This document shows positions 1 through 5,900 of a DNA stretch of 10,755 bases, one piece after another. Positions within the stretch are counted from its first letter, which is position 1; each line of letters starts with the position of its first letter. A model generated the notes under the pieces. It worked only from the letters and a program-made list of their open reading frames with translations. It did not search any database and was not told the origin of the DNA. The position numbers and the translations under genes were made by a program. This DNA is from Candidatus Eiseniibacteriota bacterium (GTDB lineage Bacteria; Eisenbacteria; RBG-16-71-46; CAZEPH01): NCBI GenBank assembly GCA_044229145.1, contig JBGATO010000108.1, positions 1-10,755 of the forward strand, given 5' to 3'.

Positions 1-645
1 GAACGACAGGCGAGCGGTGATCACCCCCGCGTTCGCCGCCAGCGTGGCTGCATTGGTCCGGAGCGTGCCGAGTGCTGCATCGAGATCCGTCTGCGCGGCG
101 TCGAGGTCGGTGTCCGCCGCCCACGAGCCAGTGGCGGTCGAGATCGACAGGCCGCTCGAGGAGGCGTCGAAGCCGGTGATGGTCAGCGACGACGTCGCGT
201 CCTCGTTGAAGACCACAGTTAGGCTGCTGCTCGCGGCCAGCAGGTTCGTGCCCTTGTAGCCTGAGTCTCCTGCCAGGTCGTCGATCTGCGACAGCAGAGC
301 GTCGAACTGAGTTGCGAGACTGGCGCGGTCGGTCGTGCTGGCCGAGCGGGCGCTGGTGATCAGACCTTTGGCCTGGTCGATGAGCGCCTCGATTCCGTCG
401 ATGCCGTTGGTGGCAGCCGTGATCGTCGACGTCGCTTCGTTCATTCCGTCCTTACGTGCGCTCAAGTCCCCAGCGTGGTCCATGTGGTCTTTCGCCGCGA
501 AGAAGTTCGAGGCGTCGTCGATCGCGCTGTTGACACGCTTGCCAGTGGCCAGCCGCAGCGAGGTACGGGCCTGAAGGCTTGCGATGTTCTGGAGGCTGAA
601 CAGGTTGCTGCGCATACCCGCAGCGAGAGTGATGTCGTTCATCAT
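1..645 (-). CDS. fliC: Flagellin (short type), paralog 1; C-terminal part lies outside the window
   Basis: Not in ORF track. Hand translation is open from ATG 645 (or 642) to position 1: MMNDITLAAGMRSNLFSLQNIASLQARTSLRLATGKRVNSAIDDASNFF...GYKGTNLL...TLRTNAATLAANAGVITARLSF. Flagellin N-terminal motif RLATGKRVNSAIDD. 171/214 residues identical to 1710-2519 by manual count. SD-like AAGGGGGA 9 nt upstream. Confidence 0.95.
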   Translation of the reverse strand, partial: MMNDITLAAGMRSNLFSLQNIASLQARTSLRLATGKRVNSAIDDASNFFAAKDHMDHAGDLSARKDGMNEATSTITAATNGIDGIEALIDQAKGLITSARSASTTDRASLATQFDALLSQIDDLAGDSGYKGTNLLAASSSLTVVFNEDATSSLTITGFDASSSGLSISTATGSWAADTDLDAAQTDLDAALGTLRTNAATLAANAGVITARLSF

Positions 646-705
646 GGCTGAGTTCCCCCTTCTAGGGTCCAGAGTGCTTCTGCGACGGGGCATCCTGCCC
701 CAGGC

Positions 706-735
706 CGGCGGGACGGTCGGCGGGACGGCCGGCGG
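706..735. repeat. 12-bp tandem repeat (2.5 copies) in the flagellin-1 leader
   Basis: CGGCGGGACGGT (706-717), CGGCGGGACGGC (718-729), CGGCGG (730-735). Confidence 0.6.
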
Positions 736-741
736 TTCTCA

Positions 742-768
742 TTCTCGGAGGACACCGGCAAGACTTGA
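742..768 (-). promoter_or_regulatory. Putative sigma28 (FliA)-type promoter for flagellin 1
   Basis: Minus strand TCAAG-N14-TCCGAGAA versus consensus T(A/C)AAG-N14-GCCGATAA; ~97 nt upstream of the start codon. Confidence 0.5.
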
Positions 769-777
769 GGGGTGTGC

Positions 778-804
778 AAGCCGCTCCGGCACGGAGCGCC
801 GCTT
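778..804 (-). terminator. Hairpin just downstream of the flaF stop; possible weak terminator or stability element
   Basis: CGCTCCG(782-788)-GCA-CGGAGCG(792-798), extendable by AAGC/GCTT with a 2-nt bulge; no real U tract. Confidence 0.3.
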
Positions 805-808
805 CGCC

Positions 809-1204
809 CTAGAGCTGCCGGCTATCCGCCCGGGAGTTTGGGACGCTGAGCCCTGCGGCCAGACGGCGATTGATGTCGATCAACGCCTGGACCTGGGTTG
901 GATCGGGTCGTGCCATCAAGGCGAAGGTCTGCTTGTCTACGAAGAGGCTCAACTCGAGCAAGCTCTTCCGGAGAATTACGTCCATCGCGTGGTCCGGACG
1001 GAGGAGTTCCGCCTGGAAGTACGTCCAGAGCTTCTGGTTGTGCTGAAGCGCGGCATGCAGCGTTCCGGCGCCATCAGCCCCGGCCGACCCTTTGCTCGCT
1101 TCGAGCTTCTGAGCAGCGCGCGAGAGGGCTTGCGCTTCCAGTTGCCGGGTCGAGACGGAGGTCTTGCCGCCGGAGGAGTAGGCGTCATGCGCGCTTCTGA
1201 ACAT
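809..1204 (-). CDS. flaF: Flagellar biosynthesis regulator FlaF (131 aa)
   Basis: Start reassigned to ATG 1204 (AGGAG 10 nt upstream). FlaF-like segments AY...STRQLEAQAL, ALQHNQKLWT, LRKSLLELSLFV, ALIDINRRLAAGL; adjacent to flbT and flagellins. Confidence 0.9.
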   Translation of the reverse strand: MFRSAHDAYSSGGKTSVSTRQLEAQALSRAAQKLEASKGSAGADGAGTLHAALQHNQKLWTYFQAELLRPDHAMDVILRKSLLELSLFVDKQTFALMARPDPTQVQALIDINRRLAAGLSVPNSRADSRQL

Positions 1205-1583
1205 GTCCGAGGAGCTCCTGTTCGTAGGCCAGCAGGGTCTTCGCGTGCTTGAGGGCCTGGTACAGCCGGCCCTCGCGGACGCACTGCATGATTTGCTCGA
1301 GGAGGACGCCCGTGCTCGGTGCAGCATCGGCGACGTCTTCCATCAGGGTGCGGAAGAGCGCCGCGTGCTCCGTCGCGCGTGTCGGTTCGACGTACATCAG
1401 CTGGAGCGCCAAATAGATACGCTCGCAGGGAGTACGCACCGCCGAGGGGCTCAGGATGTCCTGTTCGCGCAGGACCGGCACTTCGTTCTCGATGAAAATC
1501 TCGGTTCGGCCTCCGCCATTCTGAATAGCGGCCCCCCCGATAATTGCGCGTTCCTGGGGCTTGAGTTTGAGTCGCAGTGGCAT
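1185..1583 (-). CDS. flbT: Flagellar biosynthesis regulator FlbT (132 aa)
   Basis: Start reassigned to ATG 1583 (GAGGA upstream). FlbT hallmark sequence MPLRLKLKPQERAIIGGAAIQNG...VLREQDIL...RTPCERIYLALQLMY...YQALKHAKTLLAYEQELL. Confidence 0.93.
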   Translation of the reverse strand: MPLRLKLKPQERAIIGGAAIQNGGGRTEIFIENEVPVLREQDILSPSAVRTPCERIYLALQLMYVEPTRATEHAALFRTLMEDVADAAPSTGVLLEQIMQCVREGRLYQALKHAKTLLAYEQELLGHVQKRA

Positions 1584-1661
1584 GGTGTCCTCGCTTCCTT
1601 CTGGAAGTCGGAGGCGCCCGGCGGTGGGCCGGCGCCTCACGCTGAGCCGGTGGGAGCGGGC

Positions 1662-1688
1662 CGCGGGGGATCCGGAGATCGCCCCGCG
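1662..1688 (-). terminator. Strong stem-loop after the flagellin-2 stop (mRNA stability element or partial terminator)
   Basis: 11-bp stem with one bulge; in the minus-strand RNA the loop is cUCCGg (UNCG class); no poly-U. A second inverted repeat GAGGCGCC/GGCGCCTC lies at 1611-1638. Confidence 0.45.
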
Positions 1689-1709
1689 CCCCACCCGTCA
1701 CGCGACCAG

Positions 1710-2519
1710 CTAGAAGAGACGCAGGACGCTCTGCGACGCCTGGTTCGACAGACTCAACGCCGACACGGCGAGCGACTGCTGCGTCTGCAACGCGAGCATG
1801 TTCGCCGATTCCACGTTGGTGTCCGCCAAGGTCAGGTTGTCCGAACCCTGGGTCAGAGTGTTGATCATCGAGTTCGTGAAGTCCTGACGGGCCGTGATGA
1901 CACCCGAGTTCGCCGCGAGCGTCGCCGCGTTGGTGCGCAGCGTGCCGAGGGCGGCGTCGAGGTCGTCGGAGGCAGCGTCGAGGTCCGTGTCGGCAGCCCA
2001 CGAGCCGGTGGCGTCCGCGATGCTGAGACCGCTCGCGGTGGCGTCGAAGCCGGAGATCGTCACGCTGGAGGTGGCGTCCTCATTGAAGGCCACGACCAGG
2101 CTGCCGGTGCTCGCCAGAAGGTTGGTGCCCTTGTACCCGCCGTCGCCGGCGAGGTCATCGATCTGGTCCATCAGGGCGTTGAACTGCGTCGCCAGCGACG
2201 AACGGTCGGTGGTGCTCGCCGAACGCGCGCTGGTGATAAGACCCTTGGCCTGGTCGATCAAGGACTCGATGCCGTCGATGCCGGCGCTCGCCGCCTGGAT
2301 CGTCTGAATGCCTTCGCTCATGGCGTCCTTGCGGGCGGCCAAGTCGTTGGCGTGGTTCAGGTGGTCCTTCGCCGCGAAGTAGCTCGACGCGTCGTCGATG
2401 GCCGAGTTGACGCGCTTGCCGGTGGCGAGACGGAGAGCCGTGCGGGACTGCAGCTGCGAGATCGACTGCAGCGAGAACAGGTTGTTCCGCATTCCGGCGC
2501 CGAGGGTGATGTCGTTCAT
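1710..2519 (-). CDS. fliC: Flagellin (269 aa, short type), paralog 2
   Basis: N-terminal RLATGKRVNSAIDD and GYKGTNLL; C-terminal ADTNVESANMLALQTQQSLAVSALSLSNQASQSVLRLF; SD AAGGGGA upstream. Confidence 0.96.
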   Translation of the reverse strand: MNDITLGAGMRNNLFSLQSISQLQSRTALRLATGKRVNSAIDDASSYFAAKDHLNHANDLAARKDAMSEGIQTIQAASAGIDGIESLIDQAKGLITSARSASTTDRSSLATQFNALMDQIDDLAGDGGYKGTNLLASTGSLVVAFNEDATSSVTISGFDATASGLSIADATGSWAADTDLDAASDDLDAALGTLRTNAATLAANSGVITARQDFTNSMINTLTQGSDNLTLADTNVESANMLALQTQQSLAVSALSLSNQASQSVLRLF

Positions 2520-2600
2520 TGGGTGAATCCCCTTTTCTAGGGTGATGTCTGAAGGGTGCCGGGCTTCTACCCGGCTGCCGGCCGCGTGCCGACTCTCCCA

Positions 2601-2627
2601 GCCTCGGGGTGCCGCGCGACGGCCTGA
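2601..2627 (-). promoter_or_regulatory. Weak sigma28-like promoter candidate for flagellin2-flbT-flaF
   Basis: Minus strand TCAGG-N14-CCCGAGGC; same spacing and CCGAG core as the flagellin-1 candidate, ~82 nt upstream of ATG; several mismatches to consensus. Confidence 0.25.
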
Positions 2628-2729
2628 AGAATTCGCCGGGGTGGGTGGGAAATCCCCCGCACCGCTTTGCCGCCCGCTCGCGGGTGGGGGAAATTGTCCG
2701 CCCCGCGCTGCGGCGATTCCTGCCCCCAG

Positions 2730-2757
2730 TCAAGCCTCGCTTCTGATCCGCCGATGA
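2730..2757 (+). promoter_or_regulatory. Putative sigma28 (FliA)-type promoter for the che unit
   Basis: TCAAG (2730-2734)-N15-GCCGATGA (2750-2757); -10 matches GCCGATAA at 7/8; ~120 nt upstream of cheA. Confidence 0.6.
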
Positions 2758-2878
2758 GGAAAGCCATCAGGGACATCCCGCAGCCCGCGGCGCTGGACGC
2801 GCCGCACGGCACGGACCGCCGGGCGTCCCGCTGCAGATGATCTGCGCCGCCGGTGTCTCAGTCACAGGGAGTGGCCTC

Positions 2879-5329
2879 ATGTCCGCAGAGGACGATGAAC
2901 TGCTACGTGAATTCCTCGTCGAGAGCTACGAGATCCTCGAGCGACTCGACGGCGATCTAGTCGAACTCGAGCAAGACCCGACCGCCCAAGCGACGATCGA
3001 TTCCGCCTTCCGCGGCTTGCATACGTTGAAGGGCAACGCCGGCATGCTCGGCTACGAGAACCTGCAGTCGGTCGCGCACGCGGGCGAGACGCTGCTCGGC
3101 ACCGTGCGCTCCGGCGAGGTGCGTTTCTCGTCGGCGGTCGCCGACTCGGTGCTCGCCACCGTCGATGCCTTGCGCGCGATCCTGGGTGACCTCGAAGCCA
3201 GCGGCGCGGAGACGCCGCGCGACTACACCAAGCTGCTCGCCACCTTGCACGAGCTGGCCAGCGGTCAAGGCGCGGAGGAAGAACCGGCCGCGGCCGCCGC
3301 GGCAGACGAACGCGCCGAAGCGAGCGCTGAGACAGTGGCCGAGGTGCCAGCGGCGGAAGCGCCGGCCGCGTCGCAGTCCGCGCCCGTCGACGTGACGCCC
3401 GTCCTCGATGTGCCCGCCGACGCGGAACTCGACGACGAAGACGAGGACGACTTCGTCCACAATGCTCCGGTCGTCGAGCTAGGCGTGGTGCGCACCAGCG
3501 CGTCGGCGAGCGAAGCGGTGCTCGCCGAAGCCGAGAAGATTCTCGCGGACGCCGGCATGGCGGTCCCGCCGCGGGTCGCGCCCGCGGGCGGCGACAAGCC
3601 GGCCGCGCAGGCCAAGGACTCGGTGGCCGCCAGCCGCATTCGCGTCGATGTCACCGTGCTCGATCGACTCATGAACTTGGTGGGCGAGCTGGTGCTCGCG
3701 CGCAACCAGATCCTGCAGAACACCAACGCGGAGATGGGCAGCGCGTTCATCGCCACCACGCAGCGCCTCAACTTGGTGACCACGGCGCTCCAGGAAGGCG
3801 TGATGAAGACGCGCATGCAGCCGATCGGCAGCGTGCTCTCGCGCTTCCCGCGCTTGGTCCGTGACGTCGCGGCCGGCCTCGGCAAGGACGTGCGCCTCGA
3901 ACTCGAGGGCCAGGATACCGAACTCGACCGCACCATCATCGAGGCGATCAGCGATCCGCTGACGCACTTGGTGCGCAACTCGATCGACCACGGCATCGAA
4001 TCGCCGGAGATGCGGCGGCAGCGCGGCAAGCCGGCCGAAGGCGTGCTGCTCATCCGCGCGTTCCACGAAGGCGGCCAGGTCAACATCGACATCATCGACG
4101 ACGGCGCCGGCATCGACCCGGAGAAGATCAAGCGCCGGGCGCTCGAGCGCGGCGTGCTCGACCCGCTGCAGGCGGCGTCGATGAGCGAGCGCGAGCTGTA
4201 CAACGTCATCTTCTATCCCGGCTTCTCGACCGCGGAAACCGTGACCAACGTGTCCGGCCGTGGCGTCGGGATGGATGTCGTGAAGACCAACATCGAGCGC
4301 ATCGGCGGGCGGGTCGACATCCAGAGCGGCATCGGCGTCGGCACCACCGTGCGCATCAAGATCCCGCTCACCCTGGCGATCATTCCGGCGCTCATCGTCC
4401 AGGCGCGACACGACCGCTACGCGATTCCGCAGGTCAGCTTGCTCGAATTGGTGCGTTTGGATGGCGACGTCGCGCGCCGCAGCATCGAGACCTTCCACGG
4501 CACCAGCGTCTACCGCTTGCGCGGCGAGCTGCTGCCGCTGGTGCAGCTCAACACGCTGTTGTGGAACGAATATGCCAACCCGGCGCATGTGGTGGCCGAG
4601 GACAGCAGCGCCGTCAACATCGTGGTGCTCAAGGCCGGCGATCAGCCGTTCGGGCTGGTGGTGGATGCGGTGAACGACACGCAGGAGATCGTCGTCAAGC
4701 CGCTCAGCAAGCAGCTCACCGGCAATTCGCTGTTCGCCGGTGCGTCGATTCTCGGCGACGGCAAGATCGCACTCATCCTCGACGTGCTGCGCATCGCGCA
4801 GTTCTCGCACGTCATCGACACCGCCGGTGAGCGTGGCCTCGACGACTCCAACATCGGCTCGGTGCGCGAGAAGATGACGCAGGTGTCGAACGCAATCCTG
4901 GCCTGCAAGGCCGGCAAGCACGAGCGCCTGGCAATTCCTCTCAGCGCGGTGACGCGTCTCGAAGTCTTCCCGCGCAGTGCGGTGGAGACCGCCGGCGACA
5001 GCGAGGCCGTGCTCGATCGCGGCGAAATCCTGCCGCTGGTGTGGCTCGCCGACTATCTCGGCGGCCGCTCCTACGATGAGTCCGACAGCTTCCACGTCGT
5101 GGTGTCGACGCGCGGTGGCCGCAAGGTGGGCTTCGTCGTCGACGAGATCCTCGACGTGGTGATGGAGCCGCTCGCGCTTCAGGAAGGCACCGGCGCCGGG
5201 ATCATCGCCGGCTCCGCCGTCATGCACGGTCACGTCATGGAGTTGCTCGACATGCAAGGTCTGTTCTCCATGCTCGGCTATCCGGCAGGCGAACACGATC
5301 ACGACACGCACTTGCAGCTCGCGGCGTAG
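2879..5329 (+). CDS. cheA: Chemotaxis histidine kinase CheA with two CheW-like domains (816 aa)
   Basis: Start reassigned to ATG 2879 (AGGGAG SD). Hpt motif FRGLHTLKG; dimerisation IRVDVTVLDRLMNLVGELVLARNQ; HATPase HLVRNSIDHGIE, DDGAGID, PGFSTA...VSGRGVGMDVV; CheW domain, then a second CheW-like domain (LAIPLSAVTRLE...VGFVVDEILDVV). Confidence 0.97.
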   Translation: MSAEDDELLREFLVESYEILERLDGDLVELEQDPTAQATIDSAFRGLHTLKGNAGMLGYENLQSVAHAGETLLGTVRSGEVRFSSAVADSVLATVDALRAILGDLEASGAETPRDYTKLLATLHELASGQGAEEEPAAAAAADERAEASAETVAEVPAAEAPAASQSAPVDVTPVLDVPADAELDDEDEDDFVHNAPVVELGVVRTSASASEAVLAEAEKILADAGMAVPPRVAPAGGDKPAAQAKDSVAASRIRVDVTVLDRLMNLVGELVLARNQILQNTNAEMGSAFIATTQRLNLVTTALQEGVMKTRMQPIGSVLSRFPRLVRDVAAGLGKDVRLELEGQDTELDRTIIEAISDPLTHLVRNSIDHGIESPEMRRQRGKPAEGVLLIRAFHEGGQVNIDIIDDGAGIDPEKIKRRALERGVLDPLQAASMSERELYNVIFYPGFSTAETVTNVSGRGVGMDVVKTNIERIGGRVDIQSGIGVGTTVRIKIPLTLAIIPALIVQARHDRYAIPQVSLLELVRLDGDVARRSIETFHGTSVYRLRGELLPLVQLNTLLWNEYANPAHVVAEDSSAVNIVVLKAGDQPFGLVVDAVNDTQEIVVKPLSKQLTGNSLFAGASILGDGKIALILDVLRIAQFSHVIDTAGERGLDDSNIGSVREKMTQVSNAILACKAGKHERLAIPLSAVTRLEVFPRSAVETAGDSEAVLDRGEILPLVWLADYLGGRSYDESDSFHVVVSTRGGRKVGFVVDEILDVVMEPLALQEGTGAGIIAGSAVMHGHVMELLDMQGLFSMLGYPAGEHDHDTHLQLAA

Positions 5330-5346
5330 GAAGGAACGGAGACGCC

Positions 5347-5781
5347 ATGGACGACCGTCAACAGCTGTGCACGTTCCTGCTCGATGGCCAGCACTTCGGC
5401 ATCGAGGTGGAAGAAGTGCAGGAAGTCATTCGCTTTCAGGACGTCACGCCGGTGCCGCGCGCACCGGAGGAAGTCAGCGGTCTCATCAACTTGCGCGGTC
5501 AGATCATCACCGCGGTCGACCTGCGCGTGTGTTTGCACCTGCCGCGTCGCGAGAGTGGCGAGCCGCCCATGAATGTCGTGGTGCGCAGCGACGGCGGGCC
5601 GGTGAGTCTGCTGGTCGACGAGATCGGCGATGTCGTCGAAGTGCAGGACGACTGGTTCGAGCCGACACCCGACACCGTGCAGGACTCGAGCCGCGATCTC
5701 ATCCGCGGCGCTTACAAACTCAAGGATCGCTTGCTGCTGGTCCTGGAGAAGCACAAGGCGATTCGCGCAGTCGCCGCCTAA
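5347..5781 (+). CDS. cheW: Chemotaxis coupling protein CheW
   Basis: FGIEVEEVQEVI, TPVPRAP, GLINLRGQIITAVDLR, LLVDEIGDV motifs; GGAAGGA SD-like sequence after the cheA stop. Confidence 0.97.
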   Translation: MDDRQQLCTFLLDGQHFGIEVEEVQEVIRFQDVTPVPRAPEEVSGLINLRGQIITAVDLRVCLHLPRRESGEPPMNVVVRSDGGPVSLLVDEIGDVVEVQDDWFEPTPDTVQDSSRDLIRGAYKLKDRLLLVLEKHKAIRAVAA

Positions 5782-5900
5782 CGCTCGTCGCGCAGTCCCG
5801 TGCTGGGGAAGTCGTGCGGCAGGAGCGCACGGCGCTGGAGAACACACCGCGGTGACACCGGCCCCTACGATCCGTTGTCCGACCGCCAGGGAAGGAAGCC

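Noticed and set aside
584..2540. Plus-strand ORFs 584-1252, 1203-2540, 1894-2307 and minus ORF 976-2001
   Set aside because: Overlap well-supported flagellin, flbT and flaF genes; similarity between 17-259/335-574 and 1894-2307 only mirrors the flagellin duplication.
2576..2591. Sigma54-like CGGCACG-N4-CGGCA on the minus strand upstream of flagellin 2
   Set aside because: GG-N10-GC spacing holds but the -12 TTGC is missing, and such matches are common at high GC.
2638..2690. G-quadruplex candidate
   Set aside because: Only three closely spaced G-runs, and nearby C-runs favour duplex or hairpin pairing.
3479..5311. 610-aa minus-strand ORF (and 2957-3460, 3265-4209)
   Set aside because: Antisense shadows of cheA caused by GC-rich codon bias; no recognisable motifs.
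5782..5900. Possible c-di-GMP riboswitch in the cheW-MCP1 spacer
   Set aside because: Hairpins are present but I could not find the conserved class I or class II motifs; an Rfam cmscan would settle it.
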